A DNA stretch of 62,728 nt from assembly GCA_001818155.1 (NCBI GenBank), contig MHJU01000012.1, forward strand, positions 1 through 62,728, given 5' to 3'. This DNA comes from Candidatus Jacksonbacteria bacterium RIFCSPLOWO2_02_FULL_44_20 (lineage in GTDB: Bacteria; Patescibacteriota; Patescibacteriia; UBA9629). Positions 29,028 to 37,691 of the stretch are shown piece by piece. How positions within the stretch are numbered: the first letter of the stretch is position 1; the number at the start of each line of letters is the position of its first letter. Under the pieces are notes generated by a model. It searched no databases. It was not told where the DNA came from and saw only the letters and a list, made by a program, of their open reading frames with translations. The translations under genes and the position numbers were made by a program.

Positions 29028-30316
29028 ATACGCCACATATTCTCGGTGTTCGCGTGGATGATATTTCGCTCCAAGATGCTCTGCAGAATATAGAGATGGA
29101 GCTGTCGTCTTCCGCTTCACAAAATTTTGTTGTTACTCCAAACCCAGAGATATGCCTTTTAGCAGAAAAGAACGAAGAGTATCGTCGCCATATTCTTGGG
29201 TTGGCGTTCTTGGCTTTGCCTGATGGCTTCGGATTAAAAATTGCCGCGTGGATACTTGGCACTCGTTTGAAGAATCGTGTAACAGGCGTTGACTTTATTT
29301 ATGGACTCATGGAACGCGCCAGTCAAAAAGGTTGGCGCGTTTTTTTGTTTGGAGGAGAGGGCGTGGCTCTCCGATGTGCTCAAATTTTAATGGGGCGATA
29401 TCGGGGGTTGAAGGTTGTTGGAACCTTGGATGGTGAAATTACAAATTACAAATTACAAATTACAAATAAAATCCAAATTTCAAATGATCAAATTGTTGAA
29501 ACTATCAATCAAGCGCGACCAGATATTTTGCTCGTTGCTCTTGGAGCTCCGAAGCAGGAGAAGTGGATTGCGGAAAATCTTCCCAGACTTCCATCAGTGA
29601 AACTTGCCATTGGGGTAGGAGGCACATTTGATTTTATCGCGGGACGCATAAAGCGCGCGCCAAAAATACTGCGCTCAAAAGGATTGGAATGGTTCTGGCG
29701 GTTGGTAATACAGCCGTGGCGGCTCCATCGCATCTACAACGCTACCTTGAGATTTCTCTTTACAGTGCTACTATGGAAAGTGCGGATGAGTTTTAAGTAC
29801 AGACGAAACGTTGTTGGCTTGATTGTGCGAGATAACGGCGGGTGTAGTTCAGTGGTAGAATGTCTGCTTCCCAAGCAGAAGATCGCCGGTTCGATCCCGG
29901 TCACCCGCTCCAATTTAAAAGTTTTACTGGTTGAACGTAACGACGAGCCCGGCCACTGGCAATTTCCACAGGGCGGGATTGACAAGGGAGAAACGCCAAG
30001 AAACGCGATAATGAGAGAAATGAAGGAAGAGCTTGGCACTGATAAACTAAAAATCATCAAATATGTTCAGGATTTTCATCGCTACATTTGGCCTAAAGTA
30101 GATAAACTTCGCCGCGGCTATCGCGGACAAAAACAAGATTTATTTATTTTGGAATTCACTGGCGCCGAGGGCGATATTCATATAGACAACCGCGAGCACA
30201 GTAATTATCAGTGGGCGCATTTTGATAAAGCGGTTGAGACAGTGCACGAAGTCAGAAAAGAGCAAACGCAAAAAGCATTAACTATTTTTTACTATGCCGG
30301 AAATTATCACCACTAA
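29024..30316 (+). CDS. WecB/TagA/CpsF glycosyltransferase fused to RppH-like Nudix hydrolase
   Basis: VVTPNPE, PDG.G, RVTGVD, ALGAPKQE, GLEWFWRL; then WQFPQGG and Nudix box GGIDKGETPRNAIMREMKEELG, YRGQKQ. Confidence 0.88.
   Translation: MNTPHILGVRVDDISLQDALQNIEMELSSSASQNFVVTPNPEICLLAEKNEEYRRHILGLAFLALPDGFGLKIAAWILGTRLKNRVTGVDFIYGLMERASQKGWRVFLFGGEGVALRCAQILMGRYRGLKVVGTLDGEITNYKLQITNKIQISNDQIVETINQARPDILLVALGAPKQEKWIAENLPRLPSVKLAIGVGGTFDFIAGRIKRAPKILRSKGLEWFWRLVIQPWRLHRIYNATLRFLFTVLLWKVRMSFKYRRNVVGLIVRDNGGCSSVVECLLPKQKIAGSIPVTRSNLKVLLVERNDEPGHWQFPQGGIDKGETPRNAIMREMKEELGTDKLKIIKYVQDFHRYIWPKVDKLRRGYRGQKQDLFILEFTGAEGDIHIDNREHSNYQWAHFDKAVETVHEVRKEQTQKALTIFYYAGNYHH
29436..29463 (+). repeat. (AAATTAC)x4 heptamer repeat inside CDS
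   Basis: Four perfect copies plus a degenerate tail, translated as EITNYKLQITNKIQISNDQI. Confidence 0.9.
29838..29912 (+). tRNA. tRNA-Gly (CCC), nested in the TagA-Nudix CDS
   Basis: Acceptor GCGGGTG/CACCCGC, D arm GTTC-AGTGGTA-GAAT, anticodon stem TCTGC/GCAGA with loop TTCCCAA, T arm GCCGG-TTCGATC-CCGGT, U discriminator plus CCA. Confidence 0.93.
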
Positions 30317-30656
30317 AATTGCGCCTGATCGTTTACAATATCACCTTAATAATACTTTTGGCGATATGGTGAAGTTCGTGGCAGATATTGGAAAAGGCGT
30401 CCTTGCGCTTGGCGGGGAAATGCATGCGGATTGCGAGGAAATGTTACTACAAGCAGATTCAAAACAGGAGAATTTGTGGGGGGCGAATATATACCCATAC
30501 AAAGAAGGAGATGAACGGGTAGAATATGTATCTCTCATAAATATACGTCCTCATCAGGATAATAGAGAGATGTACATTCAAGATCCGCATATCAGATTGC
30601 AAATAAAAGCGATAGCAGACAAACTGCTTCTTTCACCCGATGATCAAATGGCATAA
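30294..30656 (+). CDS. DUF5674-like protein
   Basis: GDMVKFVAD, GGEMHADCE, LWGAN, SLINIRP. Confidence 0.75.
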   Translation: MPEIITTKIAPDRLQYHLNNTFGDMVKFVADIGKGVLALGGEMHADCEEMLLQADSKQENLWGANIYPYKEGDERVEYVSLINIRPHQDNREMYIQDPHIRLQIKAIADKLLLSPDDQMA

Positions 30657-30963
30657 AAATTTAACGCAGGAAAAATGGAACGAATATCCCTTGTCAAAGC
30701 AAATGCTTATGATAGGAACCGAATTTGCTCGCATGTTGCATCAGAAAAGTTTAGAATCTTTGCAAAAATGTTTTGAGCGTTCTTTTGAATTACTTGATTT
30801 GAGTTTTAATGATCCTAAAGTTAAAGCAGGCAAGCGTGAGCTATTTGCGTTGCGAACATTATTAAATGATCAACTTAACAGAGGATTGAGGCGAGATGAA
30901 ATTGAACGATGCTATCAGTATTGTCTGCAATTTCACAAATTGCCCGATTCAGGGAGACAATAA
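30640..30963 (+). CDS. Hypothetical helical protein, partner of DUF5674-like gene
   Basis: Overlaps the upstream gene; paralogous remnant at 37430-37691. Confidence 0.65.
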   Translation: MIKWHKNLTQEKWNEYPLSKQMLMIGTEFARMLHQKSLESLQKCFERSFELLDLSFNDPKVKAGKRELFALRTLLNDQLNRGLRRDEIERCYQYCLQFHKLPDSGRQ

Positions 30964-30967
30964 CATT

Positions 30968-31555
30968 ATGAAACTATTACCAGAAATTCAAACGCGCCGC
31001 AGTCCAATCATTTTTCAAAATAGGCCTGTTGAGCAGGAAAAGATAGAGGTAGTGCTGGAAGCCGCGCGATGGGCGCCGTCTTCGTATAATCATCAACCAT
31101 GGCGATATATTGTTGTAAACGAAAATGAGGCTTTGAATAAGGCGCGCAAAGGACTTGTGGCGGGAAATTTTTGGGCAAAACAGGCGCCAATATTGATTAT
31201 CGCTCTTTCCAAGCCTGAATTTGACGATACAGTTGATGGCAAAGAGTATTATTTGTACGATACCGGACAATCAGTAATGTCGCTTGCGCTTGAGGCAGAG
31301 CACCTTGGATTATCAACGCATCAGATGCTCGGATTTACAGAAGCTACAATTAAGAAAGAGTTTGCGATACCTGATCCGTGGCGTGTTATTGTGTTAATAG
31401 CATTAGGTTATGAGGCCGATATGGCAAGAGATAAGCGAGGTATAGTACAAAAACTTGGTATGCAAGTTTTTGAAAAAATACGAGAACGCATGGTAAAGCC
31501 TCGCGAGCGAAAATCGCTCCAAGAAATTGCGAGCTTTAATACATTTGCTTTTTAA
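30968..31555 (+). CDS. Nitroreductase family protein
   Basis: RRS, LEAARWAPSSYNHQPW, ALGY; ATG 30968. Confidence 0.92.
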   Translation: MKLLPEIQTRRSPIIFQNRPVEQEKIEVVLEAARWAPSSYNHQPWRYIVVNENEALNKARKGLVAGNFWAKQAPILIIALSKPEFDDTVDGKEYYLYDTGQSVMSLALEAEHLGLSTHQMLGFTEATIKKEFAIPDPWRVIVLIALGYEADMARDKRGIVQKLGMQVFEKIRERMVKPRERKSLQEIASFNTFAF

Positions 31556-31677
31556 GGTGAAATAGTGCAAAAGAATTTATGAACCTTGAAGAAGTTGCCA
31601 AAGAACTAAATTCCATTAAGTCCCGTAACAATCGCGTTGAAGCGGACATGGTGGATGAAACATAATTCGTAAATTAT

Positions 31678-31753
31678 CGGGCTGTAGCGCAGTTGGTAGC
31701 GCACATGCATGGGGTGCATGGGGTCGCGGGTTCGAGTCCCGCCAGCCCGACCA
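31678..31753 (+). tRNA. tRNA-Pro (GGG)
   Basis: CGGGCTG/CAGCCCG acceptor, anticodon stem CATGC/GCATG with loop ATGGGGT, GGTTCGAGTCC, ACCA end. Confidence 0.96.
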
Positions 31754-31765
31754 AGTTTTAAATTT

Positions 31766-32794
31766 ATGGACAAAAAATTACTAATCTCAAAAGTAGAAGA
31801 ATTGCGCGGATCGCGCGTGATTACGTATACGACAAGCGACCGCCAAGGACCAGTGAATGCGCGGATTGCAATGGATGTTATTCCAATTATGAGTCGTCAT
31901 CTGCAAAACATCGGCAAGGTAGAGAAGATTGACTTGTTTTTGTACAGTAGCGGAGGGGACACCATGGTGCCGTGGCGTCTTGTTTCCATGATCCGAGAAT
32001 TTTGCGATTCGTTTGCGGTACTCGTGCCATATAAAGCGCATAGCGCCGCGACAATGGTTGCTCTTGGCGCGGATGAGATTGTCATGACAAACATGGGCGA
32101 ACTATCTCCGATTGATCCTTCAACATCAAACGTATTTAACCCTACGGATCCGCAAAATCCTCAAAGCAAGATTCCAATTTCTGTTGAAGACGTGATGGCG
32201 TATTTTGATCTCGTAAAAAATAAATTCGGCATTAAGACAGACGCGGATTTAACGCAGGCGTTTAGCAAGTTTATTGAAAGCAACCCGCAAATCCATCCGC
32301 TTGCGCTTGGAAACGTCAACCGTATTCACAATCTCATTCGCATCCTCGCAAAGCGTCTCTTAAAAAGTCATCGTGCGCCTTTAAGAGACGATGAGATAGA
32401 GAAGATCGTTGACTATTTCACGGAAAAACTTTACTCGCATCAGTATTTTATCGGACGCAAAGAAGCGCGAGAAGATTTAGGGTTGCGAACTGTGATGAAC
32501 GCTGATGCGGTTCTCACAGAGAGTATTACGAAGTTGTATGATGAATACCGATCAGCGATGAAACTTGATGAAACCGTGTGGAACCCAGAAAACGAACTCG
32601 GAACAAACGCGGTGCAAAACAAAAAGGATTACTCAATTGCCTTTATAGAAAGCCGAGATGTGAGCAATCAGTTTCAACTGTCAATTGAATATCGCAAACA
32701 GCAAGTGCCTGTTATGGCGCAAACTCCCCAAGGCCAAGTCCAAATCGCCCAAGACCAAGTGGCGTGGAGAATTGTGGAGCAGGGGTGGAGGTAA
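31766..32794 (+). CDS. SDH/ClpP-fold serine protease-like protein
   Basis: LYSSGG, KAHSAATMVALGADEIVM, LSPIDP, YSHQY; start moved to ATG 31766 after the tRNA. Confidence 0.85.
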   Translation: MDKKLLISKVEELRGSRVITYTTSDRQGPVNARIAMDVIPIMSRHLQNIGKVEKIDLFLYSSGGDTMVPWRLVSMIREFCDSFAVLVPYKAHSAATMVALGADEIVMTNMGELSPIDPSTSNVFNPTDPQNPQSKIPISVEDVMAYFDLVKNKFGIKTDADLTQAFSKFIESNPQIHPLALGNVNRIHNLIRILAKRLLKSHRAPLRDDEIEKIVDYFTEKLYSHQYFIGRKEAREDLGLRTVMNADAVLTESITKLYDEYRSAMKLDETVWNPENELGTNAVQNKKDYSIAFIESRDVSNQFQLSIEYRKQQVPVMAQTPQGQVQIAQDQVAWRIVEQGWR

Positions 32795-32800
32795 GTAAGT

Positions 32801-33448
32801 ATGCAAAAGATATTGAAAAACAGGGTGATATTGATAGCATGCGCTGTTATTGTAGCTGGTGGTTTTTTTATTACTCTAGCTTACATAAAAACATCCAGTG
32901 AGGTCAGAACCCCTTTGTATTTGATTGAAGTAGTTCTCCAGTTTCTTAATATAGCGGTGCTTGGCATGGTTGGCTTGTACTTCATGGGTTTGCAAACCAA
33001 GATCAATAACACATTAAAAGGTTTAGAAGATGTTGTTGCAGTAACTGTTTTATGGGAAACTGGAACTGATAAGGTGAATATTTTGAACGTTGGCAAAGTT
33101 ATACTATACCTTAATAAATACGATATTGGAAAAAATACCGAGATATTCAGTAGGTCATTATTGATACCAGCATCTGGTCTAATTAGGATCTCGCTCCATG
33201 ATTTACCGGTAGGGGAAATGGATATGCAGTTATATTTAACAGATGATTTCAAACGTAAGTATAAGTTTGAAGGAAAGATTTTAGTAGAAGAAATAGAGCA
33301 ACCGTATGTATTACTACTTGGGCAGACGGCGAATCTTTTACAAGGTGATGGGACAGTTACATCTGGTGTAGCTCCAGTTCAAAATAAAAAAGTAAAAGTT
33401 TTAGCAATACACCCATACAAAACAGAGCAATACGACTGGAAGTTATAG
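32801..33448 (+). CDS. Hypothetical membrane protein (AT-rich)
   Basis: Two N-terminal TM segments, 215 aa. Confidence 0.65.
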   Translation: MQKILKNRVILIACAVIVAGGFFITLAYIKTSSEVRTPLYLIEVVLQFLNIAVLGMVGLYFMGLQTKINNTLKGLEDVVAVTVLWETGTDKVNILNVGKVILYLNKYDIGKNTEIFSRSLLIPASGLIRISLHDLPVGEMDMQLYLTDDFKRKYKFEGKILVEEIEQPYVLLLGQTANLLQGDGTVTSGVAPVQNKKVKVLAIHPYKTEQYDWKL

Positions 33449-33502
33449 AACTATGTGTTAAAATGAAACCCGAAATCATCACAACAAAAATCTCACCACT
33501 TT

Positions 33503-34351
33503 ATGAAAAACGATAACAAACAAATTACAATTTTTGAAGGTAAAAGAATTCGTCGCCACTGGGATAAAAAACAAGAAAAGTGGTATTTTTCAGTGGTTGA
33601 TATTATTCAGGCGTTAATTCAGCAAGCAGATTATCAAACCGCCAGAAAATACTGGAATAAACTCAAAGAAAGGCTAAAAAAAGAAGGGAACGAGTCGGTG
33701 TCAAATTGTCACCAACTGAAATTTGAAGCCGCTGATGGCAAATATTACGCAACCGATGCCGCAGATGTAGAGACATTATTGCGTCTCATTCAATCAGTGC
33801 CAAGTCCAAAAGCCGAACCGATAAAACTCTGGTTGGCTCGTGTTGGTTATGAAAGAATGCAAGAAATCATTGATCCGGAAAAATCCGTCAATCGGGCTAG
33901 AACAAATTGGCAAAGATTGGGCAGGAGCGGAAAATGGATTCAACAGCGAATGATGGGGCAGGAAACCAGGAACAAGCTTACCGATTATTGGAAAGAGCAC
34001 GATGTTAAAGAACAGGACGAATACGCGATTTTAACTAATATAATCCATCAGGAATGGAGCGATGTGTCGGTAAAACAACACAAGGAGCTGAAAAATTTGA
34101 AAACGGAAAATTTGCGTGATCATATGACAGAAGCGGAATTGATTTTTACCGCGCTTGCGGAATTGTCTACTCGCCAAATTGCGGAAACGGAACAAGTCCG
34201 AGGCCTTGAAAAAAATAAAATGCCGGCGCAGAAAGGCGGACAAATCGCCAAAAACGCGCGGTTGGAGTTAGAACAAAAAACCGGCAGGCGGGTAGTAAGC
34301 AAGGAGAACTTTAAACTACCAGAAGGCAAAAAATCGAAAAGGTTAAGATGA
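33503..34351 (+). CDS. BRO-N domain (phage antirepressor-like) protein
   Basis: FEGKRIRR.W...WYFSVVDII, YWNKLK.RL, QSVPSPKAEP.KLWLA, NLRDHM. Confidence 0.85.
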   Translation: MKNDNKQITIFEGKRIRRHWDKKQEKWYFSVVDIIQALIQQADYQTARKYWNKLKERLKKEGNESVSNCHQLKFEAADGKYYATDAADVETLLRLIQSVPSPKAEPIKLWLARVGYERMQEIIDPEKSVNRARTNWQRLGRSGKWIQQRMMGQETRNKLTDYWKEHDVKEQDEYAILTNIIHQEWSDVSVKQHKELKNLKTENLRDHMTEAELIFTALAELSTRQIAETEQVRGLEKNKMPAQKGGQIAKNARLELEQKTGRRVVSKENFKLPEGKKSKRLR

Positions 34352-35544
34352 TTTTAATTTCTCGCGAAACAATGAACCATCACAATCAACACTTTGGCGA
34401 TAGAAAGAAGCGTGTGCCTGTCTTCATTTTTTTGTTTGTCATGACAGCTATCCTCACCGGCTGTCAACACGAAAAAAGTGCTGTAAATACGCCACCTATC
34501 ATAGAAGTACCCAATCAGTCCACGACTTCAACACCAACCACCGCTCTTCCAGACCTCCAACCGGAACAGCCTCCTATTGTAGCAGAGAAGAAGGTGTACA
34601 CCACCGTGGATTTTTCCGAGTACAATTCCGACTATCAATTCAAAGCCATCATCCCGCCGAACTACCAGGTAGAATATGTGAATGTAATTGAGTCCATTAA
34701 CATTTACGATCCACAAGCAGAGGGCGGCGTGCCACGAGATCAACCACAAATTTTTATACGCAAGTTTAGCGCGAGCACTTTCCTTACTTTAAACACGGTT
34801 GATATTTTTTCACGCGAGGAGCGTATGGTGGGGAGGCACGAGGCGGTTTTATATGATATTCAAAAGAAGCAGAGCGTGGCGGATTTTCCCGATCAGCCAA
34901 AGTGGCGAAACGAACGGCATAAGGTGCTGGATATTCGTTATACAGAAATAAATCCGAGCATATTTTTTGTCTTCGCGTATAACCCAGCCTTTGGAGACGT
35001 CGAATTTCAGCGATTCATAGATAGCCTTATTTTTTACAACGATCGCGAAAGTTTCCACTCGCCGCTTGATCCGCCAGAAAACCGCGTCACCAAAAAGCCG
35101 TTTGGCATTTATGTTACGCTCGAAAATTCTCCAGTACAGCCGGAAAAGTTTACCGGCTATCATACGGGCACGGATTTTGAAATAAATGAGTACGAGTTAC
35201 TGCCTGATATTCCGGTACTCGCCATCTGCGGAGGCGTTATCAAAGAGAGAAAACGCGTAAATGGCTATGGCGGAGTTGTTATACAAGAGTGTATATTTGA
35301 AAACCAACCTGTGCATGTCTTGTACGGCCATGTATCTTTAGATGACGCAGATGTTGGCGCGTACATACCGCCCGGGAGAATCATCGCAAAACTTGGACGC
35401 GACAAAAGCGAAGAAACCGACGGCGAGCGAAAGCATTTGCATTTGGGGATTGTCAAGGGGACGAAGGTTGACTTACGCGGTTACATGAGCGATAAAGCCG
35501 AACTTGATATGTGGCTTGACTTTGGCGAGTTTGTACCGTTATAA
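34348..35544 (+). CDS. Putative lipoprotein with M23 peptidase domain
   Basis: Lipobox-like LTGC; HTGTD, LYGH and HLH motifs. Confidence 0.82.
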   Translation: MILISRETMNHHNQHFGDRKKRVPVFIFLFVMTAILTGCQHEKSAVNTPPIIEVPNQSTTSTPTTALPDLQPEQPPIVAEKKVYTTVDFSEYNSDYQFKAIIPPNYQVEYVNVIESINIYDPQAEGGVPRDQPQIFIRKFSASTFLTLNTVDIFSREERMVGRHEAVLYDIQKKQSVADFPDQPKWRNERHKVLDIRYTEINPSIFFVFAYNPAFGDVEFQRFIDSLIFYNDRESFHSPLDPPENRVTKKPFGIYVTLENSPVQPEKFTGYHTGTDFEINEYELLPDIPVLAICGGVIKERKRVNGYGGVVIQECIFENQPVHVLYGHVSLDDADVGAYIPPGRIIAKLGRDKSEETDGERKHLHLGIVKGTKVDLRGYMSDKAELDMWLDFGEFVPL

Positions 35545-35580
35545 GTGCCGCATGAGCGGCTTTAGCTTCAATCATAATTT

Positions 35581-35688
35581 GGGCGTGTTGCGCAATAGCT
35601 CATTTTGGCAAAGCGTAAAATTTTTTTGGTTTGTTTAAGCCATAAAATTTTTACCAAATTGTCCAAAATTGCATTTCGCAACAGTCCC
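35581..35688. mobile_element. MITE-like 108-bp element
   Basis: Terminal inverted repeats GGGCGTGTTGCGCAAT.. and (rc) GGGACTGTTGCGAAAT.., both followed by ATTTTGG; non-coding interior. Confidence 0.6.
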
Positions 35689-35692
35689 CTAA

Positions 35693-35997
35693 AGGCAAGA
35701 AAACAGCCAAGATCATCCCTTTACAAAGCTTTGCCGGAAGTATAGAATTGAGCATAGAAGAATTAAATTCAGACATCCTTGGACCAATGGAATGATTGAG
35801 CGGTTCAACGGAAAGATTAAAAAGAACGTGTTGAGAAAATATCTTTTTAGTGATGTGGGCGATCTTAAAGAAAAACTCGCTGAATATATCAACGACTACA
35901 ATTTTACAATCAGACTTAAATGGTTAGGATATAAAACCACGGTCGACTACCTAAAAACTAACTTTAATTATACTATACAACGTATCGTTATCTAACA
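35693..35997 (+). pseudogene. IS481-family transposase 3' remnant with right end
   Basis: HPFTKLC...IEHRRIKFRHPWTNGMIERFNG; ends ACAACGTATCGTTATCTAACA; N-terminus missing. Confidence 0.8.
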
Positions 35998-36230
35998 CTT
36001 GAACAGCCACTTTTAGTGTCTTGACAAACCAGACCACCTTATTATCTAACATTTACCAATCCCATTCCTTGTGATAGGATGTTTCTAAAAATGAACATTT
36101 TATTCTTGGATTGTGACCTCTATTCGAATATGGAAAAAAATGGAATACATTTACAAACCAAGAAGTTTTTACAGCAGATACTCCAACGAAACAAGATGAG
36201 AAAGGAGAAGCAGTATTACCACAAGCGGTT

Positions 36231-36926
36231 GTGGGACAGAAAGGAGAGGAACCTACAGCGCCAAAAGTCAAAGAATTAACCAGTCAGGAAAAAGAAAGGG
36301 TTGCTGAATTGGAAGAAATTCGCATGAGAGCAGTTGAGTATTATGGGAAACTTGGAATTCGCCCGGAAGAAATTGAGGTTGCAGATCATACAGGGTCTAC
36401 ATATAGGATTGAATTTTTCGGGGCGATTTCTATACAATATCCGTATCGCGCACATTCCTATGCTTACTCAGAGAATCACAAATGGGACAATTACACCACA
36501 AATGCCGTTCGTGTTCCAGGAGGGTACGGGGGATTCCATTACTTTAGGTTCAAAAGGGTCCAAAGGAAACATGAATTTGTAGTGATTAAGTGTTTTAAGA
36601 GTTATGGAAATGAAGGAGGAATGTTTGCAAAAGATTTTACCACGGGGCGTCTCATAAGAGGAAAGGAAGTATTTGCATTGTGGGAAGATGGATCACAGGA
36701 GATACAGATTCCTAAGAATCCTGAACCGCGTCAAGAGTGGGGTGAATATGATGTGGGGTACATATCCGCTTTGCCACCGCGACTCAAATTAAAGCAAGAT
36801 TTAAAGCCGGTTGCCCAGTCGGAAAAAAAAATTACACAACCTCTTAAGAAGCGCGGGTCTACTAAACGCCAAAAGAGAGAATTAGTGGAGCAACAATTAG
36901 TTAAAGACTATATAGACAGGGAGTAA
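36231..36926 (+). CDS. Hypothetical protein, start uncertain
   Basis: 231-aa ORF; frame stays open upstream to a TGA at 36114. Confidence 0.5.
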   Translation: MGQKGEEPTAPKVKELTSQEKERVAELEEIRMRAVEYYGKLGIRPEEIEVADHTGSTYRIEFFGAISIQYPYRAHSYAYSENHKWDNYTTNAVRVPGGYGGFHYFRFKRVQRKHEFVVIKCFKSYGNEGGMFAKDFTTGRLIRGKEVFALWEDGSQEIQIPKNPEPRQEWGEYDVGYISALPPRLKLKQDLKPVAQSEKKITQPLKKRGSTKRQKRELVEQQLVKDYIDRE

Positions 36927-37072
36927 GTATGCGCTTGGAAGAGAGGAGTGATTTAGAATTACATCGTGGCACAACGACAGAGCTGATAATATGAAGAGGA
37001 AGAAGGTATTCTCACGGAGGGGTAAAATCATACCCTAGATTGACATTTACTTGAGAGTTTTGGTTAATGCCT

Positions 37073-37433
37073 ATGCCCGAAATTATTACTACAAAAATTG
37101 ATAGAGCAGAGTTAAAGCGGCATGTTGAGGAAATTTTTGGCGACATGGTGAAGTTTGTGGTTGATATTGAAAAGGGGATACTCGCGCTTGGAGGCGAGAT
37201 GCACGCGGAGTAGTGAGGAGTTGTTGCTGAAAGAAGGATAGCGGCAAGAGAATTTATGGGGCGCGAATTTGTATCCGTTTCGAGATGGTGAAGAGCGGAT
37301 TGAGTACACGTCGCTCATTAACATTCGTCCAAGCGCGGGAAACCGCGGCATGGAAATTCAAGATGAAGCAATAAAACACAAAGTAAAAGAAGCCGCAGAG
37401 CGTCTGCTTTTTTCACCTGAAGATCGCTTATGA
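37073..37433 (+). pseudogene. Disrupted paralog of the DUF5674-like gene
   Basis: MPEIITTKID...GGEMHAE then TAG 37211 (frameshift); second TAG 37239 in the shifted frame; resumes QENLWGAN...SLINIRP. Confidence 0.88.
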
Positions 37434-37691
37434 CGCCGCATCACAAAACCTTAACTGTAGAGAAATTTGAAACACGAAGAAGATCAAAAACGCTGTATTG
37501 AACGCGCATACGAGCTTGTTGATCTAACGGTTGCCGACCCCAAGTGGCGCGGGCGAAGCAAGGAGCTTCTGCGAATTCGCGAGATGTTAGGCGAGGAGTA
37601 TATTGGACGCATTGATCTTCGCAAAATTGAACAATACTACGCGTACTGCCTTGATTTTGCGAAGGCGAATGTGAAATATGAGTTAGAATGA
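37430..37691 (+). pseudogene. Internally deleted paralog of the 30640-30963 gene
   Basis: MTPHHKTLTVEKF joined out of frame to CIERAYELVDLTVADPK..KELLRIR. Confidence 0.75.

Noticed and set aside
30940-30960. Possible fifth copy of the 20-bp palindrome (LPDSGRQ)
   Set aside because: Too degenerate to support by eye.
31709-31765. Second tRNA-within-CDS case (tRNA-Pro)
   Set aside because: The overlap disappears with ATG 31766, and no domain sequence lies upstream of the tRNA.
33503-34351. BRO gene and baseplate-like gene as evidence of a prophage
   Set aside because: No integrase, terminase, capsid or tail cluster.
37211-37241. TAG codons as stop-codon recoding
   Set aside because: A frameshift accompanies them, and TAG/TGA terminate normal genes here (infA, rpoA, rpsI), so this is a pseudogene.
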